NCBI GenBank assembly: GCA_043810615.1
Contig: JBDROA010000007.1
Location: forward strand, 1,390 to 65,389
From: Actinomycetota bacterium
GTDB lineage: Bacteria; Actinomycetota; Acidimicrobiia; Spongiisociales; UBA11373
DNA length: 64,000 nt
Reading direction: 5' to 3'
Numbering within the stretch: the stretch's first letter is position 1; every line of letters begins with the position of its first letter. Below, piece after piece: positions 49,292 to 58,206 of the stretch. Position numbers and translations under genes: made by a program. Under the pieces are notes generated by a model, which saw nothing but the letters and a program-made list of their open reading frames with translations, made no database searches and was not told where the DNA came from.

Positions 49292-50176
49292 TCACCCGGT
49301 GAACTCGACAGTTACGGTCCGCTCCTCGGCGCCCCGCAGCACGCGGACCTCCAGGGCTTCCCCTTCGGCTCGCTCGAGCGCGGTGTGGAGATCCTCCACC
49401 ACCACGAGGGGCCGACCGGCCGCGGCCACCAGCAGGTCCCCCACTCCGAGGCCGGCCGCCTCGGCCGGACTGCCCTCCTCGACCAGGCGGACGAGCAGGC
49501 CCTCGGCGTCGGGCAGGCCCACCGCCCGGCGCAGGCGGCGGGCCACCGGCACCGGAGCGAGGCCCACTCCCAGCCGGCGGCCCCGGGGGGACTCCCCGGC
49601 CATCAGGGCCCGCACCCGGGCCTGGAGCGCCGCAGTGGCCGGCAGGGCCAGGTAGAAGCCGTCGCCGAGTCGGTGAGTGTTCAGGCCCACGACCCGACCC
49701 GCGAGGTCGAGCAGCGGACCTCCTGAGGACCCGGAGGGCAGAGGGGCGGTGTGCTCCACCGACCCTTCGATGCGCCCTCCCCGGGGCCCGCGGAAAGGCC
49801 TCCCCGTGGCCGACACGAAACCCAGAGTGGCCCGCAACCCTCGGCCGCCCGGGTTGGACATCGCCACCACCGGGGTGCCCAGGTCCAGCGCCGCGCCCTC
49901 CCCCAATTCGGCCACGGGAGCGTCCCGGGTGGGCGTGGCGAGCACGATGAGGTCGCCGTCCACGTCGACCCCCATCACCTCACTCTCCTCGACCCGCCCA
50001 TCGCCGAACATCACCCGTACCCCCTCGGGCCCGGCGTTGTGGGCGTTGGTCAGCACGAGGCCGGGCCCTACCACCACTCCCGATCCCCCTGCCCGATGCC
50101 GGGCCACCCCCACCACCGCCGGCCCCACCGCGGCGGCCACACGCCGGATGGCGCTTCCCCAATCCTCCGCCGACAC
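49292..50176 (-). CDS. HtrA/DegP-family trypsin-like serine protease with a PDZ domain
   Basis: ...LTNAHNAG..., ...GSSGGPLLD... (catalytic Ser). The C-terminal PDZ reads ...GVGDLLVAAAGRPL... Confidence 0.85.
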   Translation of the reverse strand: MSAEDWGSAIRRVAAAVGPAVVGVARHRAGGSGVVVGPGLVLTNAHNAGPEGVRVMFGDGRVEESEVMGVDVDGDLIVLATPTRDAPVAELGEGAALDLGTPVVAMSNPGGRGLRATLGFVSATGRPFRGPRGGRIEGSVEHTAPLPSGSSGGPLLDLAGRVVGLNTHRLGDGFYLALPATAALQARVRALMAGESPRGRRLGVGLAPVPVARRLRRAVGLPDAEGLLVRLVEEGSPAEAAGLGVGDLLVAAAGRPLVVVEDLHTALERAEGEALEVRVLRGAEERTVTVEFTG

Positions 50177-50191
50177 CGCAGCCTCCTATAG

Positions 50192-50208
50192 ACTTGCTAC
50201 TTGCAAGT
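50192..50208. promoter_or_regulatory. ACTTGC-TA-CTTGCAAGT (contains the 10-bp perfect palindrome ACTTGCAAGT), a candidate HxlR operator
   Basis: Read directly in the 70-bp divergent region between htrA-like (minus) and hxlR-like (plus). Confidence 0.4.
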
Positions 50209-50245
50209 GAGTGTAGTGGCGACCCCCGCCGCGATCAGGAGAACC

Positions 50246-50671
50246 ATGGCCGAGCCCACCGCCCTGGCCGGCGCCCTCGCCCGGGTCGGGGAACGTTGGA
50301 CACTCCTGATCGTCGATGCCCTGCTCGGTGGCCCGGCGCGCTTCGGGGACCTGGCCACGGCGGTCGCGGGCATCGCTCCCAACATCCTCGCCGGGCGTCT
50401 GCGCCGTCTGGAAGCCGATGGGCTCCTGGTCTCCCTCCCCTACTCGGAGCGGCCACCGCGCCGCGAGTACCGCCTTACCGGCCCCGGGGCCGAGCTCGCC
50501 GGGGCCCTCCGCCTGCTCACCGCCTGGGGGGCGCGCCGCGCCGGAGGCGGCGGCGGTACCGGGGCCCTGGAGCACCGCACCTGCGGCACCCCTATGGAGG
50601 CCCGCTGGTTCTGCCCTACGTGCGACCGCCCGGTCGCCGACGACGAAGGCCCCGAACTGGCCTTCGCCTGA
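50246..50671 (+). CDS. HxlR-family winged-helix transcriptional regulator
   Basis: ATG 50246 with AGGAGA upstream. ...RVGERWTLLIVDALLGGPARFGDLATAVAGIAPNILAGRLRRLEADGLLVS... A C-terminal CxxC (CPTCDR) is present. Confidence 0.8.
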   Translation: MAEPTALAGALARVGERWTLLIVDALLGGPARFGDLATAVAGIAPNILAGRLRRLEADGLLVSLPYSERPPRREYRLTGPGAELAGALRLLTAWGARRAGGGGGTGALEHRTCGTPMEARWFCPTCDRPVADDEGPELAFA

Positions 50672-50749
50672 GGGGTGGGTCGCCGGGAACCCCTGCGGGT
50701 AGGCGGCGGGACCGGCGTACCGTGCCATCCCCCGCAAGACTGAGAGACC

Positions 50750-51121
50750 ATGCGGCGCCCGACACCGATCCTCGCTGCGGCCCTGGCTGCCGCTGTGCTG
50801 CTCGCCGCCTGCTCGGGAGGCGAGACCGCCACAGCCCCGGCGGCCGCCACCCCGACCATCCCCGGCGGGGCCGATTTCGATGTGGTGATGGAGTCCTTCG
50901 CCTTCACCCCCGCCGAGTCGACCGTGCCCGCAGGAACCACCGTCACCTGGATCAACCGCCACGGCGCCAGGCACGATGTGGTCGCCGACGACGGCACCTT
51001 CGCCTCCCCCCTCTTCGGGCCAGGCGAGACCTTCTCGTTCACCTTCACCGCTGCCGGCGAGTACCACTACGTCTGCTCCATCCACCCGAGGATGGCGGGG
51101 ACGATCACCGTCACCCCGTAG
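50750..51121 (+). CDS. cupredoxin (type-1 blue copper) domain lipoprotein, amicyanin/pseudoazurin-like
   Basis: Lipobox LLAAC. Cu ligands in the usual order: H (...NRHGARHDV...), then C-x2-H-x2-M (YVCSIHPRM). Confidence 0.85.
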   Translation: MRRPTPILAAALAAAVLLAACSGGETATAPAAATPTIPGGADFDVVMESFAFTPAESTVPAGTTVTWINRHGARHDVVADDGTFASPLFGPGETFSFTFTAAGEYHYVCSIHPRMAGTITVTP

Positions 51122-51160
51122 CAGCCTCGCCGGCCGCGGGCGCCCCGCCCCCGGCTCCCC

Positions 51161-51763
51161 TCAGACGCCGCCGAGGCCCTTGCCCACAGTGAAGGCCGGA
51201 GCCAGGTACGGGCCGACCTCGTAGTAGGCCCCCTGCCCGGGGGCGTAGAGCAGGGGGCGCAGCAGGGCGATGTCGGGCAGGCCCCCGGGACCGAGAACGG
51301 CCTCGTCGGCCTTGACGTCGAGCACCTCGCCGACGAACTGGGTGTGCACCCCCAGGTCCGTGGCGTGGAGCAGCCGGCACTCGAACACGACGGGGAACTC
51401 CCCGACGTACGGAGCGTCAACGGTGGCGGCCCGCACCGGGGTGAGACCTGCGGCGGCGAACTTGTCCTCGTCGGCGCCGGAGGCGAGGCCGAGGTAGTCC
51501 ACCAGGCGCACCTGGTCTTGCGAGGCCAGGTTCACGGTGAACGCTCGCCGCTCCAGGATGCTGCGGTGGGAGTGGCGCGCCCGGCGGATCGACACCGCCA
51601 GGCAGGGCGGCTGCGAGCAGGCGATGCCCGCCCAGGCGGCCGTCATCGCGTTCGGCTTCCCGGCGGGGTCGTAGCTGCCGACCACCACCACCGGCGTGGG
51701 GTACAGAAGGGCCCGCGGGCCCAGGGATCGCTTCACTCCGTCTCCCTCAGGTGCTGCCGCCAC
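51161..51763 (-). CDS. flavin reductase-like (FMN-binding split-barrel) protein
   Basis: ...LLYPTPVVVVGSYDPAGKPNAMTAAWAGIACSQPPCLAVSIRR... matches the flavin reductase-like domain pattern. Confidence 0.75.
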   Translation of the reverse strand: MAAAPEGDGVKRSLGPRALLYPTPVVVVGSYDPAGKPNAMTAAWAGIACSQPPCLAVSIRRARHSHRSILERRAFTVNLASQDQVRLVDYLGLASGADEDKFAAAGLTPVRAATVDAPYVGEFPVVFECRLLHATDLGVHTQFVGEVLDVKADEAVLGPGGLPDIALLRPLLYAPGQGAYYEVGPYLAPAFTVGKGLGGV

Positions 51764-51846
51764 GGTAACCCGGCAGAAGGGGCACTAGGTCGGCCGCCCC
51801 CCCGTCGTCGATCCCCGGAGACCTCGGGGCCCGCCGGCCGGCCGCT

Positions 51847-52905
51847 CTAGCCGGCCGGGATGTGGAAGTCGCGCGCCAGCGTCAAGTAGGCGATGACCGC
51901 CTCGGCCATCTGCAGCGGATCGCCCACCTCCTCAACAACTGCCGGGTCGGTGGAGAGCAAGCCGTCGATGGTCGCCTCGGGAGCGACGAAGAGGCTCCGC
52001 AGGCGGGCGCTTCCCTCGATGCGGACAATCTGGCCGCGCCCGACCACCGCCGCGGCCAGCACTCGGGCCTTCTGGGATCGGTAGCCGCGCTCGTGCTCCA
52101 CCACCTTGCCCGACAGGGACGCCAGGCCCAGCACGCACCGGTTCGATCCTGCGGGCAGGCCGAAGGCGGCCAGCAGCTGCTCCGGTTCCTTGAAGCAGTA
52201 GAGGCCGCACGGCGGGGGGCCGCAGCGTCCGTCGGTATGAGGCACCTCGGTGGCGCCGCTCCCGGTGCGCGCCGACAGGCAGCGGGCCTCGTACTCGGGG
52301 CGGTCCCACGGCTTCCAGGCGCCGAAAAGGCGCCCCCGCAGTTCCCACGCGCGGAAGCCCAGCACCACCCCGGGCGACCAGAACTCCTGGAGCGGCGCCG
52401 GCTTGGACTTCGGCCGCCGGGCTCGCTTCGGCTTGGTCGCCGGCGCGGCCGGGCGCGGAGAAGGCGCCGCGGCCGGAACGGGCATCGCCCGAAGTTGCAT
52501 GGGCGTAGCAGGAGGAACGGCGGTGGCGGCCGCCTTCTTCTGCACCGGGGCCCGCGTGGCCGGGGCGGCGGCAGCGGCTCCGACCCGCTTGCGGGACGGC
52601 GCCGGGACCGGCATGGCGGGGATGGCCGGGGCCGGGGGCACCGGCGGAGCAGACTGGGCCCGGAGTGCCACCCGCTCCACGATGCCGGTGAGGGCCTGCT
52701 CGAACTCCCGGCGGCCGCGCCGGGCCTTCTCCGCGTTGTCGGTCCGGATGGCGTCTTCCAACGCCAGGCGCGCCAGACGCCGGCGGACCCCGCGCCCGGC
52801 CGACTCCGCGGCGCCCGGGTGATCACCCCCGCCGTCCATGGAGCGCAGAGACCGCTGCAGCCGGGCCAGGCGGTCCCACTCGGGCTGGGCGACGGCTCCA
52901 TCCAC
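51847..52905 (-). CDS. paralog of gene C (43908..44708): coiled-coil, Lys/Pro/Ala-rich linker, Cys/His-rich C-terminal domain
   Basis: Proposed GTG 52905. The ORF-track start at 53127 reads through an AT-richer probable leader. The C-terminal FWSPGVVLGFRAWEL...EARC...HTDGRCGPPPCGLYCFK...LSGKVVEHERGYRSQKA aligns block for block with 43908..44708. Confidence 0.6.
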   Translation of the reverse strand: MDGAVAQPEWDRLARLQRSLRSMDGGGDHPGAAESAGRGVRRRLARLALEDAIRTDNAEKARRGRREFEQALTGIVERVALRAQSAPPVPPAPAIPAMPVPAPSRKRVGAAAAAPATRAPVQKKAAATAVPPATPMQLRAMPVPAAAPSPRPAAPATKPKRARRPKSKPAPLQEFWSPGVVLGFRAWELRGRLFGAWKPWDRPEYEARCLSARTGSGATEVPHTDGRCGPPPCGLYCFKEPEQLLAAFGLPAGSNRCVLGLASLSGKVVEHERGYRSQKARVLAAAVVGRGQIVRIEGSARLRSLFVAPEATIDGLLSTDPAVVEEVGDPLQMAEAVIAYLTLARDFHIPAG

Positions 52906-53401
52906 TTCGCTACCCCTGAGAAGAACAGCAGTGTAGGTAGTCGAACAGGTGTTTGGCTCCTGGAGGACGCCGGGTTTTCGCGAGGTGCTGCTCGGTCGGG
53001 ACTCCCGAGCCGGGTACGCACCGCTGTCGGCACCGACCGCGACCATGCCACCTTCGCCGACCGGGCCGCGGGGGACGGGCCCCGTTTCGTCCTGCGCCGG
53101 AGCAACGGGGAGGAGACGCCCCGGCAAGCCCTGCGCCCCACGACCTGAAGGGAGTGCCGAGCCGGACCGATCCCGGCCGCCACAGCGGCCATCCGGAAGT
53201 GCCGGCCGGTCCGGGCGGCCGTCTGGCGGTCGTCGCTGCCGGGCCGGAGAGCCTGCCGGCCGAGATCACGGTGGTCTTCGTGGTGAGCCCGGTGAGGACA
53301 TGTGGCCCTCTGCCGGCGAAGGCCGGCCCCGGTTCTGCCTGGTCGGCGCAGCCCCCTGCCCCCAGAGGACGCAGGCCCGTGCCGCCCTCGCCGGCCCCGG
53401 G

Positions 53402-53989
53402 CTACCCGTCCGCGCAAGGCGCGACCGCCTCCTCCTCCTGGAGACGGATCGCGCTCGCCTTCTCCGGGTGGATGCCTCGCGTGCCGGCGTAGAAGGCGCG
53501 GATCGCCTTCATGTCGCCGGCGGCGTCGCCGCTCGGCGTCATCGCGGGCCCGAGGGTGATGCACCGGGTGGGCCGGTCGAGAGAGGCCGGGACAATCGGA
53601 ACCCCGGCGGCGAGGGCCATGTGGTAGAAGCCCGATCTCCAGTACGGGGTCGGGGTGCGCGTGCCCTCGGGGGCTATACCGACGACCAGGGAATCGGCGG
53701 CGGCGTAGCCGGCGGCGATCTGTTCGACGATGCCCTCGTGCCGTTCGCGATGTACCGGGATCCCGCCCATGCGGCGCAGGAACCCGGCCACCGGCCACCG
53801 GAAGATGCTGTGCTTGCCCAGCCAGCGGAGCCGGATGCCGAACCCCGCGGCCGCCAGCATTGCCAGGGGGAAGTCCCAGTTGCAGGTGTGCGGCCCGAAG
53901 ACCACGAGGTACTTGGGCAGGCGGGGAGTCTCTCCTGCCAGCCGCCACCCACGCCGCCGCAGCGCCCAGGTGGCGAGGCGTCGTCTCAC
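53402..53989 (-). CDS. lysophospholipid (1-acylglycerol-3-phosphate-type) acyltransferase
   Basis: HxxxxD motif HTCNWD and PEGTR block. 195 aa. Confidence 0.8.
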   Translation of the reverse strand: MRRRLATWALRRRGWRLAGETPRLPKYLVVFGPHTCNWDFPLAMLAAAGFGIRLRWLGKHSIFRWPVAGFLRRMGGIPVHRERHEGIVEQIAAGYAAADSLVVGIAPEGTRTPTPYWRSGFYHMALAAGVPIVPASLDRPTRCITLGPAMTPSGDAAGDMKAIRAFYAGTRGIHPEKASAIRLQEEEAVAPCADG

Positions 53990-54741
53990 AGATGTCCCTT
54001 CTGGCGTTGCCGGGCCCGCCGGTCCGGGCCCATTCTGCCAGGCGGTGGGCGGCCGCGCCGGTCGGACCCGCCCGCGCCCCGCGACGCAGTCGAAGAACGC
54101 GGCCGCCGCTCGGACGGCTTCCCCGGGAACCAGGTTCTCGAGACGATCGGTCTGAGCGCGCCGCTCGACGATGCCGATCCCGGCCGGGAGCCGGCCTCAT
54201 CGACCCGCGGCCCGACGTCGAGCGGTGGTACCTCGTCGGCTGCGCCGAGACCGACCCTGCCTTCCGGGGCCGCTGGCTCGTGCGGCGCACCGGCGTGGGC
54301 TTCGGCCTGGTGGCCGTGGCCCCCTACACCTGCACCGGCTTGGGGGCCGGGGTGTGGGAGACCTGCCCGGACGGTTGCCGGGTTGGGCGCACCCTCACCG
54401 GTGAGTGGTGCGACGCGCCTTGCGTCGAGGACTTCCATCGGCGGCCCTGCCTGGGCATCGCCCCCGGCACCTGGGTCCCCGGCGAGTGCACCGGCCCGCC
54501 TCCAGAGGTGCTGGCTCGCTTCGGGTGAGCCCGGAGGGCCTCCCGCCCGACTGGTTCGAGGCAGTCGTCGCCGGGGAGCCGACCGCCTGCCGTCGGAAGG
54601 CCGAAGTGTCGGGGTGGGTGCGCACGGTATTCCTCCACGCAATCGGCCACGCCCCGGGACGAGGGGAACGGCAACTGTGCGACCTGGGGTGGGCTGGGCT
54701 CGAGGCCTGCCGCCGGCCAGAAACTCAGCGCCCGGCGGCAC

Positions 54742-55641
54742 CTACCGGTTCTCGCAGGCCTTCGGCCGGGTCCCACCGGGGCTCCCAACCCAGCACCCGG
54801 CGGGCCCGCCGATGTCGAGGCCGAAGTCGGGGGCCGGCAGGCCAAGCTCCTCGGCAGCGCGGCGGGACGACTCGGCCACCCGGCGAGTCGTCACCGGCTC
54901 CCCCCCACATTCAGCACCCTCCGGCGAAGCCCCGGCTTCCCGACGGCGCGGCGCACCGCCTCGGCCACGTCGAACACGTGCACCAGGTCGAGGCGCTGCT
55001 CCCCGGTGCCGAACGCCGGGATGGTCTCCCCCCGGGCGGGCAGCAGGGCAGAGCGATGCGGCATCCGGGTCCATACCAGGCGGTGTCCCACCCCCAAGGC
55101 CGTACACCATGGCGAGGCGCAGCGCCGCCACCCCGATTTCCGCCTCCAGGCTGCGACACATGCACTCCCCTACCCACTTGCTCAGCCCGTACGCCGTCTG
55201 CGGGCGCACCGCCATAGCCTCGCCCCACTGCGGAGGCCGCCGCCAGCCGTGCACCGACTGCGCCGAGACGAACACCACCCGTTGCACCGGCCGGCCCGCG
55301 ATCCTCTCCAACAGCCGCCAGGTCCCCTCCTGGTTCACCAGGAGAATCCGGGTCTCGTCGACGCCGATCCCGGGGCGCACCCCGGCGATGTGCACCACGC
55401 TGTCGACGCCGTCGAGGGACCAGGGGGCCTCGGGGAGTCGGCCGCTGACCAAGCTCAGCCGGGCCGGGGTGCCCGGCGCGCCAACCAGGGCCTCCCCGGC
55501 CTGCGGGCCGCGCCCTCCGGCCTCCACCTCCGCCACGCCGGGGTCGGCGAGCAAGGCGGCGACGTTGGCCCCCAGGTAGCCCGTGGCCCCGGTGACCAGC
55601 ACTCGCCGGCCGCCGCTCCCGGGCGTGCCGGCTTCCTGCAC
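54742..55641 (-). CDS. NAD-dependent epimerase/dehydratase with an internal out-of-frame segment (possible compensated frameshifts)
   Basis: VLVTGATGYLG...YGLSK... are in the long frame. Between about 55100 and 54895 the long frame is junk (TPPGMDPDAASLCPAARPGG...). The alternate frame (ORF 54891..55097) gives the epimerase-like ...GETIPAFGTGEQRLDLVHVFDVAEAVRRAV...RVLNVGG. The long frame then resumes with ...EPVTTRRVAESSRRAAEELGLPAP... Confidence 0.65.
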   Translation of the reverse strand: MQEAGTPGSGGRRVLVTGATGYLGANVAALLADPGVAEVEAGGRGPQAGEALVGAPGTPARLSLVSGRLPEAPWSLDGVDSVVHIAGVRPGIGVDETRILLVNQEGTWRLLERIAGRPVQRVVFVSAQSVHGWRRPPQWGEAMAVRPQTAYGLSKWVGECMCRSLEAEIGVAALRLAMVYGLGGGTPPGMDPDAASLCPAARPGGDHPGVRHRGAAPRPGARVRRGRGGAPRRREAGASPEGAECGGEPVTTRRVAESSRRAAEELGLPAPDFGLDIGGPAGCWVGSPGGTRPKACENR

Positions 55642-55828
55642 GGCGGATGCTTGCTGCGGGTCCGTGCCCGATCACAGTATCGGAGCGGGCGGACCCCCTC
55701 GGCCGATGCCCCGGAGCACGAGTGGGGCAGGCCTGAGAGCTTCGGTCAATGGGCCCGCCCTGGGGTCACGCTCCGGCTCAAGGCCCAACCGCATCGCGGC
55801 AGTCCCCGCGGCCGAGCGGCACACGCTC

Positions 55829-56284
55829 TCACCCCGCCATGTCCCGGGTGATGGGCCGATCGGCGACGGCGGTGGACATCACCACCCCGGTGACGGTGTC
55901 CCCGAACCTCCACAGGGGCCGCAGGATCCGCTCCAGATCCTGCACCGAGGGCACCATCACCCGCAGCAGGTAGGTCTCGGCGCCGGTGACGCGATGCGCC
56001 TCGCGGATCTCGGGAAGGCGGCGCACCTCCTCCACGAACTCCTCGTCGGCCGCAACGCCGCCGGCGCTGCTGACTCGAACGAATGCCAGCACGGGCAAGC
56101 CCAGGGGCAGTGGGTCGAGCACCGCCCGATAGCCGGTGATGATCCCCGCCGCCTCCAGGCGGTGCACCCGGGCGGTCACCGCCGGGGCGCTCAGCCCTAC
56201 GCGGCGCCCCAGTTCCCGCAAGCCCACCCGTCCCTCGCGCTGCAGGTGGTCGAGGACGGCCCAGTCGATGTCGTCGAGGCGCAT
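55829..56284 (-). CDS. Lrp/AsnC-family transcriptional regulator
   Basis: ...LDHLQREGRVGLRELGRRVGLSAPAVTARVHRLEAAGIITGY... plus a C-terminal RAM domain. Confidence 0.9.
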   Translation of the reverse strand: MRLDDIDWAVLDHLQREGRVGLRELGRRVGLSAPAVTARVHRLEAAGIITGYRAVLDPLPLGLPVLAFVRVSSAGGVAADEEFVEEVRRLPEIREAHRVTGAETYLLRVMVPSVQDLERILRPLWRFGDTVTGVVMSTAVADRPITRDMAG

Positions 56285-56493
56285 GCCGGTCTCCTTGTCT
56301 CAGAAAGCGCGGTCTGTCAGGTGCCGCTCCATTGTGAAGGGCTTCACAAACGGAGTTCGCCAGGCATCTATCACTTAACTCTTTACGAAGCATATCGAAA
56401 GACCGCCAACAGCATCACGATACTGGGTCCAAACCGCTTCGCTACCACGCTTGGGTGTGGTTGAATGTGCCCCAGGCAGACAGGCAGAAGCAG

Positions 56494-56718
56494 ATGACGC
56501 TCACCGCACAACGCCCCACGCTGGACACCCGGCCCCTTCCCGGAGATGGCGCCCGCGACGCATTCAACGAGGCCCTCAAGGCCTTGCTCCGCGCCTGGCA
56601 CGACTACGAAGTGCTCAAAGCGCTCGGCGCCCCACTCGGCACCGTCTCCGCGGCCCACGGTGCCCTGCAAAGGGCCCGCGGCGAGGTCGACCGCTGCCGC
56701 CTGGTGCCCACGAGCTGA
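56494..56718 (+). CDS. hypothetical small helical protein
   Basis: Follows a relatively AT-rich promoter-like stretch (56330-56450). MTLTAQRPTLDTRPLPGDGARDAFNEALKALLRAWHDYEVLKALGAPLG... The track start (GTG 56455) is also possible. Confidence 0.35.
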   Translation: MTLTAQRPTLDTRPLPGDGARDAFNEALKALLRAWHDYEVLKALGAPLGTVSAAHGALQRARGEVDRCRLVPTS

Positions 56719-56854
56719 CCCCTCCCTCCCGTCAGCCCACGCCGGTTCGGAGCCCCGCAAGGGGCTCCGAACCGTTGGGGAGCCTTCACCGCTGCGGCGG
56801 GGGATGCCGGGCCGCCCCCCTTAGACTCCGGACGACGACTCCGGGGGAGGGACT

Positions 56855-57568
56855 GTGGAGTTGCGAGGCCTCGAGCTGACCTGGCTGGGGCACGCCGCCG
56901 TGCGACTGCGCACCGGCGACGGCACCACCATCTACCTGGACCCCTGGCTGGAGGGGAATCCTGCCTGCCCCGAGGCCGAGTCGAACCCGGCCCGGGCCGA
57001 CGCCGTGTTCCTCACCCACGGCCACGGCGACCACTTCGGGGACACGCTCCACCTGGCCTGCCACCTCGGCGCCGAGGTCTTCTGCATCCACGAGATAGCG
57101 GTGTACCTGAAGGGGCAGGGAGCCACGCGGGTCACCGGCCTGAACAAGGGGGGCACCGTGGCCGGGCCGGCCGGGGTGTGGGCCACCATGGTCGACGCCC
57201 GCCACTCCGGCGGCCTCGACACCGACGCCGGCGTGCTTCCCGGAGGCGAACCGGCGGGGTGGGTGCTCGCCTTCCCCGACGGCCCCACGCTGTACCACGC
57301 CGGCGACACCATGCTCTTCGGCGACATGGCGCTCGTCCGGGAGCTGTGGGCGCCGGACATAGCCTTCCTGCCCATCGGCGGGCACTTCACCATGGATCCG
57401 ACCCAGGCCGCCCGCGCCGCCCGCCTGTTGGGGGCGAAGACCGTGGTGCCCGTCCACTTCGGCACCTTCCCCATCCTCGCCGGCACGCCGGACGAACTGG
57501 CCGCCGCCCTCGAAGGCAGCGGCATCGAGGTGGCCGCCCTGAAGCCCGGGGTGCCGGTGGCGGGCTGA
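56855..57568 (+). CDS. metallo-beta-lactamase-fold metal-dependent hydrolase (UPF0173-like)
   Basis: GTG 56855 after GGGGGAGGG. ...VFLTHGHGDHFGD... (HxHxDH), ...LYHAGDT..., ...VPVHFGTF... Confidence 0.85.
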   Translation: MELRGLELTWLGHAAVRLRTGDGTTIYLDPWLEGNPACPEAESNPARADAVFLTHGHGDHFGDTLHLACHLGAEVFCIHEIAVYLKGQGATRVTGLNKGGTVAGPAGVWATMVDARHSGGLDTDAGVLPGGEPAGWVLAFPDGPTLYHAGDTMLFGDMALVRELWAPDIAFLPIGGHFTMDPTQAARAARLLGAKTVVPVHFGTFPILAGTPDELAAALEGSGIEVAALKPGVPVAG

Positions 57569-57601
57569 AGCGTCGAGGGCTGAAGCATCGAGGACCGACG
57601 C

Positions 57602-58123
57602 TCAGAGCGACCCGTCGAGGGCGTCGGCGACCGGGGCTTTGCAGGCCCGGCAACGCTGCGCCCCCCGGAAGAGCGGCTCCCCGCAATCAGGGCAGTGGTA
57701 GCGCTCCCACTCGGCCCGGGCCCAGGCGGAGTCGCCGGCGCCCACCCCGTGGCAGGCGACCTGGTCCCGCCAGAGCGGGATGGTGCGCTGCATCACCCGG
57801 CGGCCGGTGGCCAGGGGGAAGCCGGTAACCAGGGCGCAGGGCCAGTCGACGCACTGGTGGCAGGAGTACAGGCCCCTCCCCCGCACGCAGTCCCGGATGG
57901 GACACACCCGGCAGTAGCCGTACAGGTTCTGGGGCGGGTCGGGCTGCATGCAGCCCAGGCACTCGGTCTCCTCCGGGGCCGACCCGTAGAGGCCGCCCAG
58001 CAGCGCTTTGAACTTGGCGTCGCGGTTCCGCGTGGCCAGGTACACCCCGCAGACCCCGCAGTACAGGCCGCAGGGAGCCATGAGGCTGCGCTCGGCGAAC
58101 TCGGTCTCGGTCCAGCCCTTCAT
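57602..58123 (-). CDS. DUF3795-type Cys-rich protein
   Basis: ATG 58123 with GGGAGA upstream. MKGWTETEFAERSLMAPCGLYCGVCGVY...CLGC...YGYCRVCPIRDC...YSCHQCVDWPC... 173 aa. The ORF-track 5' extension to 59164 is junk. Confidence 0.75.
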   Translation of the reverse strand: MKGWTETEFAERSLMAPCGLYCGVCGVYLATRNRDAKFKALLGGLYGSAPEETECLGCMQPDPPQNLYGYCRVCPIRDCVRGRGLYSCHQCVDWPCALVTGFPLATGRRVMQRTIPLWRDQVACHGVGAGDSAWARAEWERYHCPDCGEPLFRGAQRCRACKAPVADALDGSL

Positions 58124-58206
58124 GATGTCTCCCGGCCCGCAGCGCCGATCCCTGTCTACCACAGGATCGGCCCCGTCGCTCTCCGCGGCGCGGGATGGGG
58201 AGGATC

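Noticed and set aside
54405-55217. 270-aa plus-strand ORF beginning VSPEGLPPDWFEAVV...
   Set aside because: It overlaps about 470 bp of the epimerase gene in antisense. Only the first roughly 60 codons look protein-like, so it is unlikely to be real.
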